The notes beneath the pieces were generated by a model. That model was not told the DNA's origin. It saw nothing but the letters and a program-made list of their open reading frames with translations, and made no database searches. A DNA stretch of 64,000 nt from Anthoceros angustus. Its lineage: Eukaryota > Plantae > Anthocerotophyta. Shown piece by piece: positions 42,033 to 52,764 of this stretch. Where the stretch lies: the NCBI GenBank assembly GCA_010909165.1, contig MU008167.1, positions 186,001 through 250,000 on the forward strand. The letters run 5' to 3'. The translations under genes were made by a program, and so were the position numbers. Position 1 is the stretch's first letter; each line of letters starts with the position of its first letter.

Positions 42033-42507
42033 CTCCAGATCCGGTAGCAACTCACCAGACGATTGTCAATGAAAATCATTTAGGCCGAACTAAACGTTGC
42101 ACTACGAGGGTGGGTTATGAACACTTTAGGTACCCTGGAGACTCTATGAAAAAGAGATTTTCCCATCTACCCCTGGGAACAACCCTTAGAAGGGCACAAC
42201 CCTTAGGTGGGTTATGAACTGGATGATAGAAGTTGGTTCAGCCCATAATGCTATGTACAGATTAGGTAGTTCCTTCGGCAAGCAGACTTTTTGAGGCAGC
42301 GTTTAGATGCAGCTGTTTGTGTTGCCTGGATTCGTGCGTGGGGGGGAGCTTCTACAATGCACGCCGGAAGGCGTGTCTTTGCCATTGGGAAACGTCTACA
42401 CAGCCCTTGCTGAGGGTACTGTGACCTCTTCACCTGTTGGGTGATGCAGAGTAGCTAGGCATCCTTGCAGCTGCAGCGTCTCATCTGCCGAGAGCGGTGC
42501 CCATCAG

Positions 42508-44805
42508 ATGGCCACAGTATGGCAAAGAGATCCGTCATGGACCCAACCAGTTGGTGGGTGTACAGCAATGGTGCGAAGAGCTCCCGCTCTGCTCACTTCA
42601 TGGAGTCAACCGGTGGCAAACAACGAAGCCTCTAGGTGCAGCAGCGTAAGGAACCCAGCACTGCCCACAAAATCTTTGTCTGGGGAAGTTTTATACAGGG
42701 ATGGTCGTCGCCAGGAGCTGGAGCTGTTGTGGCGGCAGTTTTTTTACGACCCTACCATGTGGTGGGATAATAGGCGAGATAAGAAGAGCTCCCGTTCGCC
42801 TGACTTCCGACGTAAGGGGTCTGGCGAGGCCCTGTGGTTGGACAACTTCTCCAACCCAACTTGGGTGGATGAGCAGCTTGTTGCTTTGGATATGCAGATG
42901 GCTCATGCTGCCTCTCCTTCTAACTCCAACTGCAGCTTTTTCGATAAGCCTGATCCCGGGAGGCCTGCAGGATCAGAAATGGGTGTCACGGCTGTAACTG
43001 TGATCACGTTATGTCAGCAAGGAAACCTGACTGAGGCCATGGCAGCCCTGGAGTTTTTGGCGGTCACAGACTGTCCTATATCGCAGTCCCTGTTGTATAC
43101 TGTGCTGAAATTGTGTGCAGCTAAGAAGGATGTGGTTGTGGGGAGAAGAATTCATGATCTTACTGTCAAACTTGGGTTCGAGTCAAGTACGTACGTGGGG
43201 AACCATCTCTTGCGTATGTATGCAGGTGGAGGTATGCTAGAAGAGGCCATGGATGTGTTCACCAATGTAGGCAAACCAGATGCGTTTATGTGGGTTTCCA
43301 TCATCTCCGCACATGCTAAACATGGGAAACCTAATGAAGCCATACAGCTTTACCATGAGATGTGTAGCTCAGGTGTGAAAGCAGATGCTCATGTCTTTGT
43401 AGCTGCCCTTCAAGCTTGCACGCTTGCCACCGACCTGGAATCTGGCAGAAAAGTGCACTCCGATGTCTTGCTCAGTGGCTTTCCTCCTAACGTGTTTGTT
43501 GGCAGCTGCCTGGTGGACATGTATGCAAAATGTGGCCAGCTGGAAGATGCACGCCAGGTTTTTGACAGCTTGCCTACAAAGGATGTGGTGACCTGGACGG
43601 CCCTGATCTCTGGGTACGCAAATCACGGGCTTGGTCAAGAGGCGCTTGTTCTGTATGGACAAATGAAGCAAGACGGTCTGATTTTGTGTAACGATTGTAC
43701 GTTTTCTTCTCTTTTGAAGGCTTGTGCAAGCGCTGGTGCTCTGAAGGAGGGCAGGCAGCTGCACTCACAGATTGTGGGAAGAGGACAGCTAAATAACATT
43801 CTGGTGGGCACATGCCTGGTGGACATGTACGCCAAATGTGGTGAACTGGAAGTTGCTCGTACTGTTTTTGACAGCTTGGCCACGAAGGACGTGGTCACAT
43901 GGAATGCCCTGATAGCTGGGTATGGAGCTTGTGATGAAGGTCACAGGGCATTGGTTTGTTTTGAGGAGATGGTACTCGCAGGTATTCAGCCTGATGATGC
44001 TACCTTTACCAACGTCTTGGTAGCATGCAGTCATGAGGGATTGGTTGATGAGGGTCACAAGCACTTCCGGGCCATGGTTGAACAGCATGGCATCAAACCT
44101 AATGTCCAGCACTACAATTGCATGATTGATCTTCTTGGGCGTGCAGGCCATCTAGATGAGGCAGAGAAGATGCTACGATCATGTGAAGGCCAAGACAATG
44201 TTGTGGGCTTGACGTCTTTGCTGACTGCCTGCAAAAGTCACGGGGATGTAGAGAGGGCGACGCGGTGTTTTGAAAGTCTTGTCAGAGTGGACCCTAAGCG
44301 GGCATCCACGTATGTGCTCATGGCCAATGTCTATGCAAATGCAGGTAGGTGGGGAGATGTAGAGAGGATTGAAAGGCAGAGAATGGTAGCAGGAGCTAAA
44401 AAGAAACCTGCAGTGGCAGGCATCGAGGTAAATGAGCAGGTACATACATTTGTGGTGGGAGATAGTAGGGATGATATTTCCCTCACCTTAGAGACCATGA
44501 ATGTACGGGTGAAGGAGGAAGGAGGCCATGTCCCGCACACAAAGTTGGTGTTGAAGCCACTGTCTGAGAAGGAAAAGGAAGATGCGCTTTGCGGGCATGC
44601 TGAGAAGCTAGCCCTGGCGTATGGTCTTCTGAATACTCCCAGTGGCACACCCTTGATGGTAACAAAGAATTTACGCATGTGCAGTGACTGCCACAGTTCC
44701 ACCGAGATCATGTCAAGGGTTGAAAGGAGGGACATTGTTGTAAGGGATGCATACCGTGTGCATCGATTCGCAGCGGGTTGTTGCAGTTGTAAGGGTCGAC
44801 CATAA
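42508..44805 (+). CDS. PLS-class PPR RNA-editing factor with E1/E2 and a DYW:KP (GRP-ending) domain; carries an N-terminal OSB-type PDF motif; intronless, 765 aa
   Basis: About 11 L-S-P repeats, then E1/E2 and KPAVAGIEV (KPAxA box). Deaminase motifs HAEKLALAYG and NLRMCSDCH; C-terminus CSCKGRP. Codons at ~42715-42880 give WWDNRRDKKSSRSPDFRRKGSGEALWL. Confidence 0.95.
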   Translation: MATVWQRDPSWTQPVGGCTAMVRRAPALLTSWSQPVANNEASRCSSVRNPALPTKSLSGEVLYRDGRRQELELLWRQFFYDPTMWWDNRRDKKSSRSPDFRRKGSGEALWLDNFSNPTWVDEQLVALDMQMAHAASPSNSNCSFFDKPDPGRPAGSEMGVTAVTVITLCQQGNLTEAMAALEFLAVTDCPISQSLLYTVLKLCAAKKDVVVGRRIHDLTVKLGFESSTYVGNHLLRMYAGGGMLEEAMDVFTNVGKPDAFMWVSIISAHAKHGKPNEAIQLYHEMCSSGVKADAHVFVAALQACTLATDLESGRKVHSDVLLSGFPPNVFVGSCLVDMYAKCGQLEDARQVFDSLPTKDVVTWTALISGYANHGLGQEALVLYGQMKQDGLILCNDCTFSSLLKACASAGALKEGRQLHSQIVGRGQLNNILVGTCLVDMYAKCGELEVARTVFDSLATKDVVTWNALIAGYGACDEGHRALVCFEEMVLAGIQPDDATFTNVLVACSHEGLVDEGHKHFRAMVEQHGIKPNVQHYNCMIDLLGRAGHLDEAEKMLRSCEGQDNVVGLTSLLTACKSHGDVERATRCFESLVRVDPKRASTYVLMANVYANAGRWGDVERIERQRMVAGAKKKPAVAGIEVNEQVHTFVVGDSRDDISLTLETMNVRVKEEGGHVPHTKLVLKPLSEKEKEDALCGHAEKLALAYGLLNTPSGTPLMVTKNLRMCSDCHSSTEIMSRVERRDIVVRDAYRVHRFAAGCCSCKGRP

Positions 44806-45895
44806 GAACGGATTCGAGGAACTGGCCAGTGTTGTGTAAAAGCCTGAATAGAAGCTGGTCCGACCTCGGGTCGTGTACCTAGTGTCGTATTGCGCATCAT
44901 CAAGCGCTTACCATTCCTTTACATGAGGCTGGATTCACGCCTGGTACCTACATCCGGTAGCAGGAACACAAATACAGCGGCGTGAGTCGGTTCATGGGAG
45001 TGTTTCCGCGGGAGTTTTCCGTTGTTTCTAGAGAAAGTAAGAAACACTGCCTCGGCTTCTTCCTGTTCTCCTGTTCTTCCTGTCCTCGGCTTCATTCTCC
45101 TCTCGCTCCTTTTCATCCTCTTCAAGTCCGCACAGTTGTGTGAGGTCGTTGCTGTTCCCTCAACTAGTGTTGAATACCGGCGCACCGCTGATGTCCGCTG
45201 GCTGGTCACCCGCATGCGAGTGTAGCCATCCCGCACATTTTCTAGGGTTTCTAGCCATCGAATGCGGCAGCATATTCCATTTCCCCCTCTGTACCACGCA
45301 TTTGAAGCCGAATTGAATGCTTGTATGCGTGAATGCGTGATAGGAGCTTGGACCAGATGATCAACCATGGATGAAAATCGGATGATCAACCATAAGTCAA
45401 CTTTCAAAGGATCTTGTCACACGCTGTTCCGGGTTAATTCCAGGCGGCACACGGGATGCACATCTGTGGCGGCAAGCTTGAATTAAATCCGGAAGAATTG
45501 AGGTTTTAAAGGATGTTCAAGGCTAAGCCAATTGTACGGGCTAGGACTCTACAGAAGCTTGGACTGTACAGAAGTGTGCACCTTCCAACCAGAACAACCT
45601 TGGAGCAAGCTCAGGGGGCTCTTGAATGGCTTTTTTGGTTACAGTCCTAGGGACCTGTTTAGCTGATACAGCTCACGGACTGTCCCAAGGACTGGAACCA
45701 AAAAACCCATTGTCCCGCCCATATTTGCCTGGGGCTTGGCTTGCTGTGCCCAAATAACATATCTCTGGTGAATCTCAGGGTGGAAGGGATTGTCAACGGA
45801 AATTTGTTTTCCACCAACAGTGAGTGTGACGTAGTACTTGATTGCTATAGCATCTATCTGCTTTCTGTTCGTGTTGCATCCGAAGATGCTCCCTT

Positions 45896-47863
45896 TCAAC
45901 TATTCAAGAGTCCTGTCGCCCCTGTAAGTAGCTTCAAGTGAGCTATGATTTCCTTGCGTTGGGGATGGTCTGTGTCTTCTACCTGAAAAGTATGGACTTG
46001 ATTGTCGATCTCAATCCAGGTTCTCCCTGGAGTCTTCGTCACACCTGCAGCTTGCATCCTGTTTCTAATCTCAGCTCGACCTTCCCAATTTCCTGTCGCT
46101 TCATAAATGTTGGACATAAGCACATACGCTGCAGCATTAGCTGGCTCTAGGTTGACGATAGAATCAAAGGCAGTTCTACCCAATTTCATGTTACCATGCG
46201 TAAGGCATGCTCCAAGTACAGTGGTCCAAACTACAACATCTGGCTGCAGAGGCATGTTCTTAATTAAGTCCTCTGCCTTGTCCAGATATCCAGCACGGCA
46301 GAACAGGTCCACCATGCAGGCAAAATGTTCCATTCCTGGACTGATCCCAAATTCCTCGAACATTGATTGAAAGAGTGCACGCCCCTCATTCAAAAGGCCC
46401 TCGTGGCCACATGCTGAGAGCACACAAAGAAAAGTTACGTGATCAGGTTTCATCCCTGCTGCGCGCAGTTGCTGAAAAAGCTGGAGTGCTTCCTGTCCGT
46501 GGCCATGCTGGGCATAGGCGGCTATGATGGCCGTCCAAGTCACAAGATCAGACTTGGGCAGGCTGTCGAAAACTGCCCTGGCTTCAACAAGGCTGCCACA
46601 CTTGGAATACATGCTCAGCAATGTGTTTCCAAGCACAGCATCCAGCTCTAACCCACTTTTAACAAGCATGATATGAATCTTCCGGCCCTGTTGCAGTGCT
46701 GCTATGCTGCTACACGCCTTGAGCGCACCCAAGAACGTAACCCTGTTAGGCTTGATGCCTTCCTGCTGCATTCTTTCGAAGAGTTGGAGAGCTTCCTGCC
46801 CATGACCAGACTGAGCATACTCTTCGATCATAGCAGACCAGGTCACAACATTCCTTTCAGGCATCTGATCAAAGAGAATCCACGCTTCCTCGAAGCTCCC
46901 GCCCTTAGCATACCCTGTAACCATGGCATTCCATGAGAACAAATCTTTCCGAGGGAGGCTGTCAAATATCTCCCTTGCTTCACCCAGGCTCCCACATTTG
47001 GCATACATGTCAACCAGGGTATTCCCGATCACAGCATTTGACACAAGGCCACTGTTCATGAGCTGCATGTGCACCCACCGCCCATCTTTCAAAGCTCCAA
47101 TGCCTGCACAGGCCTTGAGAACAATCGAAAATGTGAACATATCCGGCTCCATTCCCTCCTGTTGCATCCTCCGGAAAAGTGAAAGAGCTTCCTCCCCTCG
47201 CCCACGCTGAGCCAATCCTGCCAGCAACGCATTCCAGGACACCACGTCTCTCTCCGGCAGTTCATCAAAGACTCTGCGAGCCTCCTCCAGGCTACCACAT
47301 TTTGCATACATGTCCACAAGAGTGTTTCCAACGAAGATATGATCCTCATAACCAGCTTCTGCAATCTGGGCGTGAATTGCCCTGCCATCTGCGAGGGAAC
47401 GTGTGCTCGCACAAGCTTTAAGCACAGCAACATACACATGGTTGTCCGGCTGAACCCTAGAAAGCTGCATCTCCTGGAACAATCTGATACTCTGCTTCCC
47501 CGCCCCATGCCTGCAATTTGCCAGAATAATAGCTTGCCAAGCATGCGAATCAGGCTCGAAAATCCTCCGGAACGCCTGGTTCGCCTCCTGCAAACTCCCA
47601 CACACCTCGAAGAGGCGAATCAGCTTGTTGCCCCACCAAACCAAGGAGTCGAACCCCCTCTCAGCAATCAGCGAATGCACCCTCCTCCCTACTTCCAACT
47701 CCCTCCCTTTGGTGCACCGCTGCAGCAGACACTGCAGAACATGCGTCGGCAACACAAATCCGCCCTGCCGAAAAGCATCAGCCGCATTGAGTGCCTCATC
47801 CAGCCGTGCTTTCTCACAAAACCTCGCCACCTCCCGGAGAGAACCAAGCAGTAAGTAGGCCAT
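45896..47863 (-). CDS. PLS-class PPR protein, E+ type (PG box, no deaminase domain); intronless, 655 aa
   Basis: Multiple P-L-S repeats and E1/E2, then KTPGRTWIEIDNQVHTF..HPQ, with a stop before any HxE/CxxC motif. Confidence 0.93.
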   Translation of the reverse strand: MAYLLLGSLREVARFCEKARLDEALNAADAFRQGGFVLPTHVLQCLLQRCTKGRELEVGRRVHSLIAERGFDSLVWWGNKLIRLFEVCGSLQEANQAFRRIFEPDSHAWQAIILANCRHGAGKQSIRLFQEMQLSRVQPDNHVYVAVLKACASTRSLADGRAIHAQIAEAGYEDHIFVGNTLVDMYAKCGSLEEARRVFDELPERDVVSWNALLAGLAQRGRGEEALSLFRRMQQEGMEPDMFTFSIVLKACAGIGALKDGRWVHMQLMNSGLVSNAVIGNTLVDMYAKCGSLGEAREIFDSLPRKDLFSWNAMVTGYAKGGSFEEAWILFDQMPERNVVTWSAMIEEYAQSGHGQEALQLFERMQQEGIKPNRVTFLGALKACSSIAALQQGRKIHIMLVKSGLELDAVLGNTLLSMYSKCGSLVEARAVFDSLPKSDLVTWTAIIAAYAQHGHGQEALQLFQQLRAAGMKPDHVTFLCVLSACGHEGLLNEGRALFQSMFEEFGISPGMEHFACMVDLFCRAGYLDKAEDLIKNMPLQPDVVVWTTVLGACLTHGNMKLGRTAFDSIVNLEPANAAAYVLMSNIYEATGNWEGRAEIRNRMQAAGVTKTPGRTWIEIDNQVHTFQVEDTDHPQRKEIIAHLKLLTGATGLLNS

Positions 47864-48069
47864 GCCTCACACTCCCACCACCATGACCCATCATCCATTC
47901 TCGCTCCTTTCAGTCCCCACTTCCTCACCAGCCAGCCATGTATGCTGCTCTCCTCTGAAGAATCTGGGACGAAACCGAATCCGAAGCTCCGGATTCCTGT
48001 GATGCTGGCTCATCCTCCCTGGATGGAGGGCTTGGTGTGTTCTGTGCAGCACTTGCTTCTAACCGAAAC

Positions 48070-48550
48070 GTTAAAGAAGGTCTGTGATGCCTTGAGAGAT
48101 ACCCAGAAGGTTGGTGATGCAGTGGCAACAACGGGAGAATCTTATCAAAATCTGCGTCCGTTTGATAAAGCTAAGAAATGGCAGTTAAAAAGTCTGGAGA
48201 TCTGCAAACGGCTTGGTCACATAGAGGTCGGTGTGCAGACAGCTGCTTTTCTGCTAAACCTAGGACTTCTGCATCGTCTCTATAGACTTTTGTTTCAAAT
48301 GTTGAGGTGTCTTCGCATCTACATGCAGCATCACGCGTGCATCTTGATACTGACAGGGGCAATCAGCGGCCCTTCTGAACTATGGACAAGCTCCGGATAA
48401 CTGTGGAAAGGTCATGCTCTCGTCCTGAGGAATTTCAAATAACATGTTGGGCTATGCAGGAAAGCAGGTCACAGGGAGAGTCGAAGTACCCGAATTTACA
48501 AGTTCAGGCTCTGGAGAACATGCGTTCATCTTATCTGCTACGCGTAGAAC
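48070..48550 (+). pseudogene. Isolated internal fragment of a TONSOKU/BRUSHY1-like TPR gene
   Basis: KKVCDALRDTQKVGDAVATTGESYQNLRPFDKAKKW..SLEICKRLGHIE and YPNLQVQALENMRSSYLLR resemble the TSK segment ..ELCDKEKLSDAF..VGESYQNLRNF.K..KW / ..LPSIQLSALE (recalled from memory). No flanking TSK exons were found. Confidence 0.6.
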
Positions 48551-49054
48551 TTTTCGAAGCCTCCGAGGATATTGCTTGTTTTACCCCGCAATTGAGATGA
48601 CTTCTCTGATTTGTGTCGCTTGTCTGGTTGATCAGCATGACGCGCCTGATTGAGTTTCCCTGGCCCCTTGTACGTGCAGGAGGGTGGCTTCCACCTTGCA
48701 CCAGCTGAAGCAGTCAACTCAGAAGCCCTTCTCTACTCAAAGACTCAGAAGAATGTCGTCCTGAAACAGACTGTGAGGAGGATTCTCCATCGCGCTCTCA
48801 GGCCTGCGAAAACCAGGAAGTCCAGCTCTGCCCGAATTCCTGCCAAATCGCAACAGTTCGACATGTCTCATCAAAAATTTACAACGCTCATCACAACTTT
48901 CATTTCCATTGTACTCATTGCAAGAGTTCAATACATCTTATACATTTACAAAACTTATTAGAACATAAATTACACTAAAAATTATAATAATTCAAGACAT
49001 CTCATACTTTTATAAAACCTATTATATTATAAATTATAATATATATTACAATAG

Positions 49055-50040
49055 TTTGAGACGTCTCAAATATTTACCTATTACCATACACATTATAATA
49101 AATATTGTAATAGTTCGAGACGTCTCAGACATTTACAATATTTATTGCGACTCAAATTACAAACGTATTGCAGTAGTTCTAGATATCTCAAACATTTACA
49201 ATATTTATGCGACACAAATTACAATACGTATTGCAGCAATACGAGACTATAGAATACCGATCTGGTCACGCGGCATCCACGTTTTTTTAGGGTTGTGGAC
49301 AGAAAGAAATAGTCCCGCCACATACGGCGGAACTATTTCGGTACGTCACGCATGACCACATCGGTCGGGGCTGCAGCCCCCCGGTGTATCGATGTCATCA
49401 ACCTACCCAATGATGCACACAAAGCTTTCACAATACACAGAAACTTTTCTTCTCTCAGGTTTAGGGTTGCGCTTAGGGTCATTTGCGTTGTCGCGCCATT
49501 GCGGCACTAGGCGCCGTATGTGAGCGGTTCCTTTGCGCTGCGCTTACCGTTTGCAATTGCGTTTGCCCTACACTCATCGTCTGTGTTTGCGGTGCGGCTG
49601 AGCGCGTTTGCCCTTATACATGCAAGGCTGCAAGGTTGCAGTGTTTGGCACTGGCTACATACAGGGCTGCAACATTTCCTAGGCCTGCCCCCTATGGGAG
49701 TGCAGTATGTGTGTCTTGGCCACCTTAAACATGTGTGTGCGAAACCCTAAAACCCTAAACAAGAAAACATGTGCATGACACAATCGGAACACCAGGCTAT
49801 CATCGTGTCATAGAAAGTTTTTGCCCCACGTACGAACCTAGAGAAGCTGATGTGGCACGTATTATACGTATATTATATGCAGTTATCTAGAAGATGCAGT
49901 GTAGCGTACACCCAAAGAAAACAAAGTCATACACACGATGCCAAGTGACCATATTGGTATTCCATACGAGACATCCCAAACATTTACAATATTTATGCGA
50001 CACAAATTATAATATGTTTTGCAACAATACGAAACTAACT
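49055..50040. repeat. AT-rich ~60-bp tandem array interrupted by a TIR element
   Basis: Units of the form gagac.tctca.a.atttac...gcgac.caaattac recur at ~49058, 49118, 49180 and 49242, and resume at 49967. Confidence 0.75.
49248..49966. mobile_element. 719-bp non-autonomous TIR element (MITE / Mutator-like)
   Basis: 30-bp terminal inverted repeats with 5 mismatches (tatagaataccgatctggtcacgcggcatc vs reverse complement tatggaataccaatatggtcacttggcatc). Flanked by the direct repeat cgagac, extendable to atacgagac. Contains telobox-like aaaccct motifs. Confidence 0.8.
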
Positions 50041-51016
50041 ACTTGTCACAAATATTGCTTGGTTTGATAATATCAAGTACGCCTTAGACCTTAAAGTACC
50101 TTTTTAAACTATCTCCCATAAATATTGCTTGGTTTGAAAATACCAAGTGCGGAATGGACCTTAAAGTTTTTAGCTTCCATATATATTTGCAGGACTATGT
50201 GTCATATAAAATATACTAGGTTCAAAGAAATATAACTTCTCATATTGTTGCAGCCAACATATCACCAAGGTCTTCAAAGACAAACTCTTTGAAGTATATT
50301 TCAAAATAAACAGATATTTTAAAATATACATAGTACAAATTTATTTGGAGTAGTGCGAGCTTTTATCAAAAGCCTCTGCCCTTGTTATCATGCCAATCAT
50401 TTTGGCCTGGGACAGGTGCCATCCATGGGACTGGGACAGGTGCCATCCATGGCACATATGTGTGGACTTGAAGGGAGGACCTCTACCTAGTTTTTCTTTT
50501 TCTCCCTACCGACAAATTCCATGCGCGGGAATAAACTGGTTCGACTACCTATTTACACCGGAAAGCAAGGTCCTTCCAGTTACACCGAGAAAGCAAGTCC
50601 TTCCATTTACACTGGGAAAGCAAGGTTCTTCCATTTATAATGGGAAAGCAAGATCCTTCCATGTAAAAACAAAATTAGATGCCACATGGCAGCATGCACG
50701 GCGTAACCAACTTGGCCCTGCCACTTGTTACCAGCCGCGGCTGCAAAGTGGCAACGGGCTGCTCACCTGACCGCCCTCCTGCTTCCTCATAAATCCATCT
50801 CTATGTTCGCCAGCGTTGTGGCCAGTATCCACGCGCTGTTGCGGGAGATGTCCTGGATCTGCTTGAAATTGGAACGTGTCTTGCAGATGCTTCAGACTAG
50901 ATACGTGCAACTTTCTGCAGACTGTTTGGAATTAAAAGTCGGCAGTGCTTGTGAAGGCATTGTAGCCTGCGTCTGATACATTTGCTCTTGAAAGTGGTCG
51001 GTGTTGAGCAACATCC

Positions 51017-52764
51017 ATGGCGTCAGCTCTGGGATCAGCAGCCATGGCTGCTGGAAATGTCGCTGCGGCGACACACAGGACTGCACAGGACATGCGGAGG
51101 CCGCTTTCCCAGGCACTGACAGGTAAAACACCACACCGAGCCTGCCATCTCAAGGTGCCATGGAGTCGCACCATCTAGATTTTTGTGCTTGCCTGCGAGA
51201 GGAATCATGGAGACGGCTCCTCCTTGGAAAGAACAAGGACAGTGAAGCTCCTCGTACGTTGTTGTTGCAGGGCAAGCGGCTTGTGTGAGGCGAGGCTCGG
51301 TTGCGGGATGGATGCCGAGCAACAGCGCCGAACTGAGAGCAAGAATTGCAAGAACGGCGGGAGGAAGGAGGCGCGGAATGGCAGGCTCGATCGTGAAGGC
51401 GGAGTTTGTGCGGAGCGAGGCGCAGGAGAGGGAGAGACGGTGTTCTTGAGGACGTGGCTTCGGGGAGCGAGGGAGGGATAGGAGACGCCTCCGCGCTGAG
51501 GGACATCGCGTCGGACGAGGCCGCCGAGGGAGGAGCCACCCCCGAGCATCACAGCCTGGCCAGGGAGAAGGCGAAGGAGTCCCCGCTGCACGAGAGTGTG
51601 GAAGACATCGAGAGCAAGGCGGAGGAGGTGGCAGCCGCGGAGGCGGAGAGGGAAGGGTCCGGGACGGAGCGCAATGGGAGTCACGGGTTTCAGGACGTGA
51701 AGCTTCCGGGAAAGGCCGGCCCGGGCGTGAGGCCGTGGGACACGGTGGAGAACCCGCTGGCGGGGGGGAAGAGTGATGATGACGGGGAGTTGCCCACGGT
51801 GCAGGAGATTGGGACGGAGATAGTGGAGACCATCAAGGACGGGATCGAGGGGCTGAGGTGGTCGGCTGAGAAGGTGATTGGGTCGGGGGCAAATACTAGG
51901 AGAGGGCTGGAGATGGTGAAGGAAGTGATCGACAAGAGGCTGAAGGGGCTGTCACTGGCCGCGGAGGAAGTGCGGGAGATTGGGGCCCAGGCTGCGGATA
52001 TTGCGATGAAAGGGTGGGGAGGTTTATCTGAGAAAGTGGAGGTGGTGCAGAAGGAGGTGGCCAGCTTGACGGAGGAGTTGCAGGGGGCAGAGAAAACTAC
52101 CAGGGCGGGTGATGGGTCGGAGAGGTCGAGGTCGCAGATCTTGCAGAAGCTAGAGGAGGCGGAGAATAGGGCAAGGGCTGTGGGGGAAAAGGTGACGGAG
52201 ACGGCTAGGCAGATCGGGGAGGAGGCTCAGAATAGGGGTGAGAAGATCGGGGAGTCCGCAGAGAAAGTGATCCAGGACTTACAGGCGCAGGCAAGGAATG
52301 TGACGGAGAAGGCAGACCAGATAGCCCAGGATGTTGATCAGCAGAGGAGGAAGATTCAGGAAGATGCCCAGAACGCTGCTTCAGATGCTGGCCAGCATGT
52401 GCAAGAGCAGGGGGGCCAGGTCAGTGAGGCTTCGGGTAAAATAATACAAGAGGTACAGAATCTGTCCAGGGATCTGCAGAAGGGAGGTGAGAGTCAGCCC
52501 AACTCGCAGGAGAATTTTACTCAGAAGCTGCAGAATCAAGGGAGTAAAGTGAGTGCCTCGGTAGGGAATGTGCTCAGGGAGTCTGAAGGGCTGTGGAGGA
52601 ACTTCCTGGGATTTGAGAAGAAAGAGAGCTTGGAGAAGCAAGGGGTTTCGTCAGGCGGAGGAGATGGGGAGCTAACGTCTGAAGCTGGTCGCGGTGACAG
52701 CAGTGGATTCGACATCCAGCCTGAAAATAACGATGATGAGTGGGGTGAAGTGAGGCAACAGTAG
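51017..52764 (+). CDS. Plastid-targeted LEA-like / amphipathic helical-repeat protein with an apparent frameshift at ~51425-51440
   Basis: Exon 51017-51122 (MASALGSAAMAAG..) splices in phase 1 across a GT-AG intron (51123-51270). That frame stops at 51446. The +1 frame is a 452-codon E/Q/K/A-rich ORF with ~11-residue periodicity and no ATG near its 5' end. Confidence 0.6.

Noticed and set aside
44919-45407. Short ORFs between the two PPR genes, one hydrophobic
   Set aside because: Low-complexity pyrimidine-rich sequence, probably UTR or intergenic.
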